Below, piece after piece: positions 19,476 to 29,598 of a stretch of DNA of 64,000 nt. Each line of letters begins with the position of its first letter. The stretch's first letter is position 1. The stretch comes from an uncultured Methanosarcinaceae archaeon (GTDB lineage: Archaea > Halobacteriota > Methanosarcinia > Methanosarcinales > Methanosarcinaceae). Position numbers and translations under genes: made by a program. The stretch is taken from positions 22,582 through 86,581 of the forward strand of contig CAVRJG010000064.1 in the NCBI GenBank assembly GCA_963721455.1. The letters run 5' to 3'. The notes under the pieces were generated by a model, which was given only the letters and a program-made list of their open reading frames with translations, searched no databases and was not told the origin of the DNA.

Positions 19476-21349
19476 AGTTCACCTCTCCCGCGTATGATCA
19501 GGATTTCGAGCAGTATGAGCAGGAACAGAACTCCTATGAGATAATCGGTAATGTCATTTTTGGCAGTGTAGGAATCAGCCTTCACAAGCTTGGGCCCATC
19601 TTCCGCAACAGCCCGCTTGATCAATTCCGAGGCATCGACTGTAGTGTTAGATTCCCTGTCATCGTAGAGATTGACTGCAATTCTCTTCCCTGCAATCTCG
19701 TAGATCCCGGCCTCGTCAAAGAGGATACGGTTTGAAGTGAAAGTCTTTGAAGGCGTACGGATTTCCCCGGTCTTCGAAAGGGAGGTCAATGCGCCGGTTT
19801 TCAGGTTGTATTCGGAGATATCTCCTGCCCCACCGAGCCATTGAACAAGTTTTATCCAGAACACAGGGTACTCAGGAAGGTTGTGGAAATTGTTCCACGA
19901 GTTTTCCCCAAGTTCGTCACTCAGCCCCATATAGAAAACAGTTCCCTTGCCCACCTGCCAGTAACTCAGTACAGGGATACCGTTTTCGAGAGTAACCAGG
20001 GTTGTCGAGCCTGTCCTTTCAGTTGCATTCAGATATTTGCGGACCGAGATTTCGTCGCTTCTAATATCCTCTGTAATACTGCTCTTCAGGGCTTCCTCAA
20101 CTTTAAGCCCGTCTTCTGCATCCTCAATCCTGAGAGGTTTCACAGGCAGGATCTTGATCAGGTCAACCTCAGTTTTCTCAGGGGTCAGGGCTCCGCTTAC
20201 AATAAAGACGGCATTGCCGCCGTTCCTGACATAGCTTTCAATTTTTTCGACCGAGCTGTTAGCAATAGGGGTCTCTTTCTGCGCAAGTACAACAAGTGTG
20301 TAATTGTTAAGCTCAACAGGCACGGATTTCGAGACGGTCAGATTACTGTTCGGGAGCAGTGAGAGTGCAGTTTTCGAAGGTAATTTCCCATTATCAGTAA
20401 CATAGAGTATATGCTGCTCTGAGGTATCCGGAATGGAAATATAGGCTCTATTGTCAACAGGCAGGCTATCTTCTGCATTGAGCCGGACTGTTGTGATTCC
20501 TGGCCCCAGGTTTCCCAGAGTGAACTGATTCGTCTCGCCTGCCGGGACATCAAGGGAAAAAGACGTTGAGGCGTTTCCTGAAGTCCCTCTGCCAGTCTCG
20601 ATCTCAATGCTTTCGTTTTGATCTTTGTAGTTCTTAATAACACCTGTATAGCTGTATTTTCCGTCCGTGGCCTCGATCCAGCCATTGATAATTCCGATAT
20701 TATCTGCAGGCTTTCCCACTTTTACGAAATTGACTTCAATCCCGTAGGACTCAGCCAGGTTCTTGGAAGCAACAGGATCGTCTCCCTTCGAATTGGTGAA
20801 ATCCGAAATAACAATAATTCTTCCCCCTTCCCTGGACAGAAGACGCATGCCTGTGGTAATTGCTGCAGACAGGTCGGCAGTGCCGGCTGCTGGCTTGACC
20901 TTCTTGAAAATGTCGTGCGCAGCTGACGCGCCTCCTCCCTCAAGGGCAAGCAGAGGTGTATCGGAAGCCAGAATTATGCTGTTTTTCTTGCTCACATAGC
21001 CGTCAGCAATCCCAACCGCATCCTCAAAGCGGGAATCAGTCTGCATACTTGCAGATGTATCAAGGATGAGCACTGTATGCTCTCCGCTCAAAGGCTCTTC
21101 CGAGTTGTAGTAATATCCTGCTGCGCCAATGGAAAGAAGGATCAGCATCAGGAGCTGAATCAGGAAAATAGGGTCCTGCACGATTTTAGTGAGCGAGGCA
21201 TAAACCCGCTTTCTTTCCCTCTCAAGTTTAAGGACAAACATGAGCGAGGGGATCGAAAGCACCGCCGGTTTTGGGCGGAGCATGTAAAGAATAATAAGCG
21301 GGATGACACTCAGGAGAGCGGCAAGAGCAAATGGGTTTTCAAAAGGCAT
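19472..21349 (-). CDS. BatA-like N-terminus + vWA domain membrane protein
   Basis: MPFENPFAL..PLIILYML..PSLMF, DTSASM, ISDF; C-terminal TM. Confidence 0.85.
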   Translation of the reverse strand: MPFENPFALAALLSVIPLIILYMLRPKPAVLSIPSLMFVLKLERERKRVYASLTKIVQDPIFLIQLLMLILLSIGAAGYYYNSEEPLSGEHTVLILDTSASMQTDSRFEDAVGIADGYVSKKNSIILASDTPLLALEGGGASAAHDIFKKVKPAAGTADLSAAITTGMRLLSREGGRIIVISDFTNSKGDDPVASKNLAESYGIEVNFVKVGKPADNIGIINGWIEATDGKYSYTGVIKNYKDQNESIEIETGRGTSGNASTSFSLDVPAGETNQFTLGNLGPGITTVRLNAEDSLPVDNRAYISIPDTSEQHILYVTDNGKLPSKTALSLLPNSNLTVSKSVPVELNNYTLVVLAQKETPIANSSVEKIESYVRNGGNAVFIVSGALTPEKTEVDLIKILPVKPLRIEDAEDGLKVEEALKSSITEDIRSDEISVRKYLNATERTGSTTLVTLENGIPVLSYWQVGKGTVFYMGLSDELGENSWNNFHNLPEYPVFWIKLVQWLGGAGDISEYNLKTGALTSLSKTGEIRTPSKTFTSNRILFDEAGIYEIAGKRIAVNLYDDRESNTTVDASELIKRAVAEDGPKLVKADSYTAKNDITDYLIGVLFLLILLEILIIRGRGEL

Positions 21350-21352
21350 TTT

Positions 21353-22234
21353 TTAGCGCCTCCTTCTCCTGATCGTATGGTAAAAAGCATCAAAGATAGG
21401 GGTGTCGGTTGTAAAGGTATAGAATTCGGCCCCTGCTTTCATGCAGGCTTTTTTGATCCTTGCGTTGTGGTCATCAAGCTTTCCAAGATATCGTTCCTTG
21501 AATTTTTCACTTACATAAGTCCTGATCTCTTCCCCGGTTTCAAGGTCTACAAGCTTGCTGTTTCCCTTAAGCGGGAGCACTTTTTCCGTGGGGTCGAGCA
21601 CCTGGATCAGAATAAGGTCGTGGTCAGATAGCCTGGAAACTGCTGTTTCTATTGCCTGAGGGTCCTGAAGAAAATCCGAGATAAGGATTACAAGAGACCT
21701 GGACTTGATTTCCCGGCTGTACTTTATGACTGCTTCCCCTATGGAAGTCCCACCGGACAATTGAAGTTCTGTCAACCTGTCGATTGCCCGCAAAAGGTTT
21801 TTCCGTCCACGGCTGGGTTTGTTTATATCAATTTCCTGTGTAAACGTTGAGATTGCAAACCTGTCGTTGTATTTTGTTACCATGTAGGCATAACCTGCAG
21901 CAAGCATTGCAGCATATTCGAACTTCGAAGTCCCCTTTTCAGGATAATCCATGCTTTTGCTGGCGTCCAGAAGGATATGGGTCGTAAGGGTTTTCTCTTC
22001 CTCAAACTGCCGCACATAGAGTTTTTCAGTCCTCGCATAGGCTTTCCAGTCAATGTCTTTTAAGGCATCGCTAGAGTCATACTCTCTAAACCCGATGGTA
22101 TCTATGCCGTGTCCGCTTCGGGTGGACGGGCGGTTTCCGGCATAGACTGTCGATACCCTCTTCCGGACAGAGAATGTAAAGCGGTCAAGCTGCCTGAAAA
22201 AGTCCGTTTCGATTTTTTGTTTTGTGCGAGTCAT
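21353..22234 (-). CDS. DUF58 protein (MoxR-associated)
   Basis: FREY..DALKDIDWKAYARTEKLYVRQFEEE, DASKSM, ISDF. Confidence 0.9.
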   Translation of the reverse strand: MTRTKQKIETDFFRQLDRFTFSVRKRVSTVYAGNRPSTRSGHGIDTIGFREYDSSDALKDIDWKAYARTEKLYVRQFEEEKTLTTHILLDASKSMDYPEKGTSKFEYAAMLAAGYAYMVTKYNDRFAISTFTQEIDINKPSRGRKNLLRAIDRLTELQLSGGTSIGEAVIKYSREIKSRSLVILISDFLQDPQAIETAVSRLSDHDLILIQVLDPTEKVLPLKGNSKLVDLETGEEIRTYVSEKFKERYLGKLDDHNARIKKACMKAGAEFYTFTTDTPIFDAFYHTIRRRRR

Positions 22235-22345
22235 TCTGGATCGTCAATCAAAAAGCCCGGTTTATCCCGGACCAGGAAAAACCCTTCAGGGTCGTTTAAA
22301 CTTAATTTTACAGTTCAGTTTCTGGCCATCGACCATGCTCAGGTT

Positions 22346-23320
22346 TTACTTTACTTTCCTGATAATATCCTCAATAGCCTGGTCAGGGGTCATCCCGCTT
22401 CTTTCGGCTTCGAAAGTCAGGATAAGCCTGTGGCGCAGAACCGGGTATGCCATGTAATCAATATCCTCTTTGCTTACGAAATTCCTGCCCTCTATAAGGG
22501 CCCTGGCTTTTGCAGCAAGGATAAGGCCGATGGATGCCCTGGGAGAAGCCCCGTACTCGATATGCTCTTTGTCTTTTCTTGTCATGCCGACAATAGAAAG
22601 GACGCGCTGCTTGAGTTCCTCGGAAATCGGGACCTGCCTGGTAAGTTTCTGCAAATCGAGAAGTGTGGATTTATCCAGGCCCCTGGAAATCTTCGGGGTT
22701 TCGGATTTCGTATATCGGTTTATTATCTCCATTTCCTCTTCATAGGAGGGGTAATCTACAAGGATCTTTAAGAGAAAACGGTCGAGCTGGGCTTCAGGCA
22801 GCGGATATGTACCTTCCATTTCTATGGGGTTCTGTGTGGCAAGAATAAAGAAGGGACGGTCCAGCAGGAAGGTATCGTTTCCTACTGTTACCTGCTGTTC
22901 CTGCATAGCTTCCAGCAGGGCTGATTGTGTTTTGGGGGACGCCCTGTTAATCTCATCCGCAAGGACGACATTCGCAAAAACCGGCCCTGGGGAGAACCTG
23001 AATTCTTTTCTGTTTTCTTTCTCTTCAATGACGTTTGTCCCTGTAATGTCAGAAGGCATGAGGTCAGGAGTACATTGAATCCTGCTGAACTTCAGGTTCA
23101 TAGCCTTTGAGACGGTAGAGATCATAAGGGTTTTTCCAAGCCCTGGATTACTCTCCATAAGGGCGTGTCCTTCACAGAGAATTGCAATCATGATCTGTTC
23201 GATTACTCTATTCTGGCCTACTATGACGTGCCCTATTTCTTCAAAGAAATTTTTGAAAATCCTGCCTGCGTTCTGATAGGTCGTGGCAGCCTGCCCGGAG
23301 TCAATATTATTCTCACTCAT
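22346..23320 (-). CDS. moxR: MoxR family AAA+ ATPase
   Basis: PGLGKT, RIQCTPDLMPSDITG, LADEINRASPKTQSALLEAM, ATQNPIEMEGTYPLPEAQLDRF. Confidence 0.95.
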   Translation of the reverse strand: MSENNIDSGQAATTYQNAGRIFKNFFEEIGHVIVGQNRVIEQIMIAILCEGHALMESNPGLGKTLMISTVSKAMNLKFSRIQCTPDLMPSDITGTNVIEEKENRKEFRFSPGPVFANVVLADEINRASPKTQSALLEAMQEQQVTVGNDTFLLDRPFFILATQNPIEMEGTYPLPEAQLDRFLLKILVDYPSYEEEMEIINRYTKSETPKISRGLDKSTLLDLQKLTRQVPISEELKQRVLSIVGMTRKDKEHIEYGASPRASIGLILAAKARALIEGRNFVSKEDIDYMAYPVLRHRLILTFEAERSGMTPDQAIEDIIRKVK

Positions 23321-23480
23321 ATTTACTTCACCCGTTAATTTGCTGTTTTCGCAGGTCTTTAAGCCCGCTTTCTACTGGATGTTATCTGCTCCTGCAACAG
23401 TGTACCATCCAGAACACAGCCTGTTATTCAAAAACTGTTTTCAGATAACTTTTGATTGAAATGAATACAGATAAGTCCAT

Positions 23481-23523
23481 TTTCAGATAAATTTTCCACA
23501 TTTTTCAGATAAATTTTCCACAT
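23481..23523. repeat. 22-bp direct repeat x2
   Basis: TTTCAGATAAATTTTCCACAT occurs twice, abutting the upstream gene's stop codon. Confidence 0.8.
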
Positions 23524-24410
23524 TATTCTTCTGCAAGTCCTTCGAAATAGCTCTGGATAACGTTCCTGTATCCTTCCGGTAGATTATCATAATAAGCCTG
23601 AGAAGCAGCCGCTTCAGGATTTACAAGATCCGATTGAGTAAATGATGCGTTTGTCTGGTTTCCTTCTTCCTGGCTTGTAAAGCCCTGCCCTGTGCCCGGA
23701 GGAATCTTCAGGTCAACTTCTTTGCCTTCCACCACAACAACAGCAGGCTCCCCGAAGAGACCTTCCTGGCTATCGTTATTCGAGGTGCCTCCATTTTCCT
23801 CTACAGGGTAGAGATCGGTATTCGAATCCGAGACAAAGGGAATTTTTTCGATCACTCCATTCAGGTCAGTGGGGCTGATACTCGTCTGGTACCCGGTTCC
23901 GGCAACGTATGTGAGAAGAGAAACCGTAAACACTATTACAAGCAGGTCCTTTGCAAGCTTTCTCCTGTTAAAAAAGGACGAGGACTTTACAGGTTTTGAA
24001 TCAATTATAACCCCGCCTATAAGGTCCCGGACAATAATGTTGTCCGTATTCCGGTTATCATAGGCAGTCCTTAACCTCTCCTTGAGCACAGGGTATGTCT
24101 CTTCTATAAGGGAAATAGCATCTTTCTTTTCAGCCCTGTAATGCCTGACGGCTGTGAGGATAAGGGAGAACGCAAAAGCCAGGAAAATAAGCCCGAGCGT
24201 TTCAAAAATAACTCCGAAACCCAGAATATTGTATTTTGCGCCGGTATAAGGTTCGAAGGGGCTAAACATTAAAAATAAATCTCGCATATTGAAAAGCACG
24301 AAAAGGACATACAGGACGAGAAAAGTTTCAAGCAAGTCTGCAAAAGCATAGAGTCCTCTATATTTCTTCAGAACTGATTCGTGTTTGTTTACTATATCTT
24401 CAATATTCAG
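23523..24410 (-). CDS. Membrane protein, first gene of the MoxR operon; probable CTG start
   Basis: ORF 23523..24335 extends in frame to CTG at 24410 behind a GGGAG RBS; TM helices, YPVLKERLRTAYD, LPEGYRNVIQSYFE tail. Confidence 0.75.
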   Translation of the reverse strand: MNIEDIVNKHESVLKKYRGLYAFADLLETFLVLYVLFVLFNMRDLFLMFSPFEPYTGAKYNILGFGVIFETLGLIFLAFAFSLILTAVRHYRAEKKDAISLIEETYPVLKERLRTAYDNRNTDNIIVRDLIGGVIIDSKPVKSSSFFNRRKLAKDLLVIVFTVSLLTYVAGTGYQTSISPTDLNGVIEKIPFVSDSNTDLYPVEENGGTSNNDSQEGLFGEPAVVVVEGKEVDLKIPPGTGQGFTSQEEGNQTNASFTQSDLVNPEAAASQAYYDNLPEGYRNVIQSYFEGLAEE

Positions 24411-24630
24411 AGCTATCTCGCTCCCTTTTGCAACCGGAAATATCGGCCGTGGTCATAAGTACGCATTGTGCACGAAACATATAAAGATACTATAGGAAGA
24501 CATTCTAGAAATATACTATAGAAAGATAGTATATAAAGGTGCACGTTTTAGGGTATGCATTTTTGCAGATTTGCACACCCATCTGAGTTTTTGTCTTTAG
24601 ATTTTCACCTTTGAATATGGCAGGGATCCA

Positions 24631-25593
24631 TCATTGTCCTTTGTCAATATTCACAGAACTCAACTTTTTAAAAGTGGGATAGGAACCCAGTACCTTTAGA
24701 GTATCAGTTTTAGCCTTTATATCTTTTAAGGCATCTTTTATAAGTGCGTCGCTGGAGTGCCCTTCAAAATCGATATAAAAATAATAGTCCCCAAGTTCCT
24801 TTTTCGAAGGCCTGGACTCGATCTTTGTCAGATTGATTTTTCTTCTCGCAAAAGCCCCGAGAATTTCGTATAATGCCCCAGGTCTGTCTTTTTCCAGATA
24901 TACTATAAGGGATGTTTTGCAGGCTGAAGAGCTGCACTTCCCAGATCCGGCTTCAAGTTCAGACTCGAACTTATATCCTGATTCCGATCCGGGATGTGCT
25001 TCTCCTTTAATTTCTCCGGCAAACGAAACCTGTTCAGTTAAAGCTTTTTTTCCGGCCTTCAAAACAATGAAACGGGTGTAGTTTTCTTTCCTATCCTGAA
25101 TATTTGAGAGGAGAACCTTCAGCCCATAGCACTCTGCAGCCTCAGGGGAGGCTATTGCTGCCATTTCTTCAAATTCTCCCGCAAGCCTGGCTGCGTGGGA
25201 AGTGCTGCCCGTGCTCCTGAGTTCGGCATCAGGAAAATGTTTCTTCAGGAAATGCCTGCACTGGGCAAGCCCCTGCGGATGTGAGAGTATGACCCTTACC
25301 TTTTCAGGCCCGCCTTTCGAGAGCAGGCAGTGCTCGATTTTGACAACCATCTCCCCAATTATCTCAGCCTCGTTCTCGAGAAGGAGGTCGAGAGTGACGC
25401 CTACCGAACCTTCAATAGAGTTTTCTATCGGTATTATCGAGATGTCTGATTTCCCCTGGACCGCCGCCAGAAATGCATCCTCTATATCTGCAAAATACCG
25501 GAGTTCGACGCCGCTCATGCCGTATTTCAGAATCCACGACTTTGCAGCTTTTTCCGAGTACGAGCCTTCAGGCCCCATTACGCCTACAATCAT
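24631..25593 (-). CDS. pheA: Prephenate dehydratase with ACT domain
   Basis: MGPEGSYSE, PIENSIEGSV, SHPQGLAQC, NYTRF, DRPGAL, INLTKIESRPS; true start MIVGV at 25593. Confidence 0.95.
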   Translation of the reverse strand: MIVGVMGPEGSYSEKAAKSWILKYGMSGVELRYFADIEDAFLAAVQGKSDISIIPIENSIEGSVGVTLDLLLENEAEIIGEMVVKIEHCLLSKGGPEKVRVILSHPQGLAQCRHFLKKHFPDAELRSTGSTSHAARLAGEFEEMAAIASPEAAECYGLKVLLSNIQDRKENYTRFIVLKAGKKALTEQVSFAGEIKGEAHPGSESGYKFESELEAGSGKCSSSACKTSLIVYLEKDRPGALYEILGAFARRKINLTKIESRPSKKELGDYYFYIDFEGHSSDALIKDALKDIKAKTDTLKVLGSYPTFKKLSSVNIDKGQ

Positions 25594-25634
25594 TTGAGGA
25601 GTTAATTGGGGGGATGGTAATAATATTTTTTGAT

Positions 25635-25703
25635 GCCCGAGTTGCGTCAGCAGAGTTGCGGCTCTGCAGTGCGCTGTCCTTTTCGCTGCGCTCAAGAGGA
25701 CTA
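25635..25703 (+). repeat. Dispersed hairpin repeat family A, copy 1
   Basis: GCAGAG-TTGCGG-CTCTGC and GTCCT..CGCTGCGCTCAAG-AGGACTA modules, shared with copies at 32.8, 37.5 and 56.5 kb. Confidence 0.8.
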
Positions 25704-25704
25704 A

Positions 25705-25835
25705 GAGCCTATCCGAAAAGTGATTACCTGCTGTAACTTTTACAATATGCAATATGCAAAACCGGAACGGATACTCTGATATTATAGATCTATTATGACT
25801 TTTCAACATGCATTGTTGGCTTTTCGGATAGGCTT
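25705..25835. mobile_element. 131-bp MITE (IS5/IS1182-like ends)
   Basis: TIR GAGCCTATCCGAAAAG / CTTTTCGGATAGGCTT (15/16 match), TAA on both flanks, no transposase. Confidence 0.85.
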
Positions 25836-25860
25836 TAATTTAAAGGTTGAAAAGAGTTGA

Positions 25861-26022
25861 AACCACTGAAAGCACGGAAAACGCGGAATAAAGGAAAAAA
25901 GGCACAGTTCTTCCGTGATTCCCATGTTTTCCGTTGTTATAGTAGTCCGAATTTGGTTTTTCCATGCCCGTCCGTGGTTATAGAGTATTGAATGAATTTT
26001 TCCGTGCCCTCGGGGATTATAG
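25861..26022. repeat. Nonamer-periodic inverted repeat family B, copy 1
   Basis: AACCACTGAAAGCACGGAAAACGCGGAA ... TTCCGTGATTCCCATGTTTTCCGTTGTT plus two extra right arms ending TTATAG. Confidence 0.75.
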
Positions 26023-26056
26023 AGCCCGGATTTGGCAGCTTGCTGCCGTCTCTGAG

Positions 26057-27553
26057 TTAATAACTGCGTTCAACGGTGTAGGAAACTTTCTTTGAGCCGT
26101 TTGCGGGCACGGTTACCACCCATTCAGCGATAAAGGCGTCTTTTTTCTCGTATGTGTCAGAGCTGGTTGTGATTTCCCAATCCCCGTAGAAATGCTCTAC
26201 AATCTTTACTTTCTGGGCTTCGGATTTATGGTTCTTGAGTTCTATTTCGTAACTTTCCCTCCAGACATCCGAGCTTACCTTATTGTAATTGGTCTGGGTT
26301 CTCGTGCCGGTTACATCAAAAGCGCTTCCGACAACGACCTTTATCTCTTCATCTTTTGGGGTATGGTCTATCTTGTCTTCTCCCAGAAACTGGAGCTGCC
26401 CTCCGGAGTCAGCTTTGTATACTCTCAGAACGCCGGCAGGAAGAGGCATCCCAAGGCCTTTTTCTTTTGAGTTATTCAGGTTCAGGACGACCTGGACGTT
26501 ATTGTTTTTCGAGACATCAAAAACGAGTTCCTTTTTCACAGGTACGGAATCTGCGGAGAGCAGAGAAAGCTGTTTTACCTGGTTATTCTTCAGGGTAGCC
26601 GGCCTTTCAAGTGTGTAGAGATGATACTCAAAGAGGGATTCCTCAACAAAGCTGTCCTTAGCCTCTGACGTTACTGCTCCTTCGGCAGGCATCTCTGAAG
26701 CATAGTTAGGCGCGGGCACAGCTACGCGGTGGACTTCTCCTGCAACCAGTTTCAGTTTGGCATCTTTATAGGTTGTCCCTGCTCCATTGTCGACACTGAC
26801 CCAGCCCTGGATGTCGGCCTTCGTATCATCTGCGCTGGTTTTCACGATATAGTCTGCCCTCCAGCTCATCCCGCCTGTAAGATAGGAAGTGAGGACATTC
26901 CGCTTGCCTGCAGCAGGGGAATAGACCTCCCATACAAGGGTAGGTTTTGTAAGCAGGTCTGCAGAATCAGGAAATTCCACTTTGGTGACTTCGGAAAGAG
27001 TTACGACTTTGCCGTCATTCAACTTGAGCACTACCCCGCCGTCATGGCTCAGCAAAGTCCCTGTATACGTCCCTCCTTCTTTTTCGGTTGCAGTAATTTC
27101 CTTGTCCAGGAACTTTTCCAGAAGCTTCTGACTGCTCACGAGATCGTATTCGTAGTTCTGTTCCAGTACAGCAGTATCCTTATTTTTTGTGTCCTCAAAC
27201 ATTACTGACGTAGGGTCAATAAGGGCAGCAACATCCGTATATTCGACCCGGTTGACTCCGGAGTTAAGGTCAAGTTCCCTCCTTTCTTTTACAAGGGCAA
27301 GGTCATCATTATAAACAGTAACTTCAGTAGCCGAATCAGTTGCCTCAGCACCTGCTGTAAGGATCTCCAGAGGATTTGAAAGTTGTACCTTAGTAACCAT
27401 GTTTGAACCGGATTCGATTCCGTTAATTGCAGCTTCAGGTCTATTTACCTGAGCTGTATTTCCTGCAGAAGCATGGTACAGGAAAGCTGCAGTTGCGGTT
27501 ACGATACAGATGAATGCCAGCATAAGCCACACATAACTCTTCTTTGTTTTCAT
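26057..27553 (-). CDS. Secreted DUF4139 domain protein
   Basis: Signal peptide; EVTVYNDDLALVKERR, SYLTGGMSWRADY, FEYHLYTL, LGMPLPAG. Confidence 0.85.
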   Translation of the reverse strand: MKTKKSYVWLMLAFICIVTATAAFLYHASAGNTAQVNRPEAAINGIESGSNMVTKVQLSNPLEILTAGAEATDSATEVTVYNDDLALVKERRELDLNSGVNRVEYTDVAALIDPTSVMFEDTKNKDTAVLEQNYEYDLVSSQKLLEKFLDKEITATEKEGGTYTGTLLSHDGGVVLKLNDGKVVTLSEVTKVEFPDSADLLTKPTLVWEVYSPAAGKRNVLTSYLTGGMSWRADYIVKTSADDTKADIQGWVSVDNGAGTTYKDAKLKLVAGEVHRVAVPAPNYASEMPAEGAVTSEAKDSFVEESLFEYHLYTLERPATLKNNQVKQLSLLSADSVPVKKELVFDVSKNNNVQVVLNLNNSKEKGLGMPLPAGVLRVYKADSGGQLQFLGEDKIDHTPKDEEIKVVVGSAFDVTGTRTQTNYNKVSSDVWRESYEIELKNHKSEAQKVKIVEHFYGDWEITTSSDTYEKKDAFIAEWVVTVPANGSKKVSYTVERSY

Positions 27554-27780
27554 AAAAGAGAAATAGGTAACTGTCTTATTTATATGTGACTTTGACTGCG
27601 GACATGTTTGAAGTTATTGTCCAATTTCTGATTTTTCAAAAGGATGGGGACAATGTGAAATCTATTTTCTTTGACAATCAGAGTAATGAGGTGGCACACA
27701 GTTATAATAATATACACCAAGACATAATTAATAATTTGTAATAGTTGCTGGAAAAATCCGGGGAATAAATTGAATGATAG

Positions 27781-27864
27781 AAAAAGATCCGGAAAATGAA
27801 TTAGACAATAAAACAAGATCTGAAAAATAAATTAGACAATAAAACAAGATCTGGAAAATAATTA
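27781..27864. repeat. ~31-bp tandem repeat (about 2.7 copies) in a divergent promoter region
   Basis: AAAACAAGATCTGAAAAATAAATTAGACAAT-like units. Confidence 0.8.
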
Positions 27865-27877
27865 AGGATTCATTTTC

Positions 27878-29448
27878 ATGAATATTATCGAAGTTTTCAG
27901 GACTAAAGACCGGATCAAGCTCTCAGGCTTTATTGCAGGTTTTGCTTTTATTTTTCTTCTTGCCGGAACGATACTCCCGGCTTCAGCCGCAGGGATAGGG
28001 GCAAGCAGGGAAATATCTGCCGGAACAGTTTGTACAGGCGAAAATTTCACAGTAATCATACATATAGAGGCGGACCAGGACGTTGAAGCCCTGACACTTG
28101 ATGAAAATCTCCCTGATGAGTGGCATGTAAGCCAGATGGAAAATAACGGGGCTACATTCCAGGAAATCAGCACTTTCAAAAAGTCTACTCTGGAGTGGAT
28201 CTGGGTTGAGAACCTTTCAGCAGGGGAAGAAAAGACCGTTCTGTATAATGTGATCGTCCCTTCAAATTCCGAGCCTGGAAACTTCACAATCTCTGGCACG
28301 ATTTCCGCTTATTCCATCCCTGCAGCCCCGGTGGAGGGATTTTCAGAAGTGATAGTTTCCCCACCGCCTGAAGCCGACTTTTCCGCAAGCCCTCTCCTGG
28401 GTGCCGTACCCCTGACTGTCCAGTTCACAGACTTATCCTCCTGCAATCCGGATTTCTGGGAATGGGAACTTGATGGGAACGGGAGCATTGACTCAAACGA
28501 AAGGAATCCGGTTTACACATACGCAAACCCTGGCACCTACAATGTTACCTTCAGGGTGACTAACAGTACTTATGGAAATGACACCAGGACAAAAACAGGA
28601 TATATAACCGCATTAGAGAAACCCTCCGGTTCGGAAGAAGGTGAAGGAATAAGCGGGGGAGGAAGCGGAGGAGGAAGCGGAGAATAAGCGGAGGAGGAAG
28701 CGGAGAAGGAAGCGGAGGAGGAAGCGGAGAAGGAAGCGGAGGAGGAAGTGGAGGTGGGGGAGGCGCCGGCTCTCCGGAATCAAGCAGGAATATAGAGCTC
28801 AAGGAAATTTCAAATAAGCAGGTCTTCAAAGGAACTCACACATGCTTTACCTTTAAAGGCGGGGCGAATGAGATCGTCACTGTGGAGTTCGATCCGAAAA
28901 AGAGCTTCGGAAAAACAACCGCTATTGTGGAGATGCTAAAAAACACATCTTCCATAGTTAAGGAACCTGCCCCCGGAACGGTCTACAAGAACGTAAATAT
29001 CTGGGTTGGGAATAGCGGCTTTTCAAGCCCCGAAAACCTTGAAAATGCCAGGGTAAGTTTCAGGGTGAGCAGGTCCTGGGTTATCGAACAGGGGATCAGC
29101 GAAAATACAGTAACCCTGTACAGGTACGGTCAGGACGCATGGAATCCGCTGTCTACAGCCCTCAGCGGAGAAGACGAAGCTTACTTTTACTTTACTGCAG
29201 AAACCCCGGGCTTTTCTCCCTTTGCAATCTCAAGCACGGAAAAAAGTATTCAGTCTATCGAAATTTCTCCAGCCAAAAAAGGAGAAAATCAGACGCTGAA
29301 CGAGGACAAACCGTCTGACGAGGAAAAACAGGGAATTCCTGCTTCAGATGTCGAAAAAGAAGAAAAGAAAAGCTCTCCTGGCCCTGGAGTAGCTTTTGAA
29401 GCGGTTGAATTACTGGTTTTGTACGGGATATTAAGGAGAAAGAAATAA
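27878..29448 (+). pseudogene. Cell-surface protein (signal peptide, PKD domain, Gly/Ser linker, PGF-pre-PGF domain), split by a frameshift at ~28685
   Basis: PEADFSASP..PLTVQFTDLS PKD motif; second frame reads GGAGSPESSRNIELKE..FTAETPGFSPFAI; C-terminal anchor degenerate. Confidence 0.85.
28646..28760 (+). repeat. 12-bp coding tandem repeat (AGCGGAGRAGGA; GGGS/GEGS linker)
   Basis: About nine units visible directly. Confidence 0.9.
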
Positions 29449-29598
29449 CCCGAAAAGAGAAGAGGATAACTGGACCGGAAAGTTGGCTAACGGGACTTTT
29501 TAGTAAAAGCCGTCTTTTCCTGAGTTCCATTTTTTTTCTCTCAGCCCGGACTATTTGGAGCAGAGGCTCAGGTTCCTTTAATTTGCTTTTTTCTCCTT

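Noticed and set aside
25594-25809. 72-aa N-terminal extension of PheA in the ORF track
   Set aside because: It is read-through across the MITE and family A repeat; homology starts at MIVGVMGP
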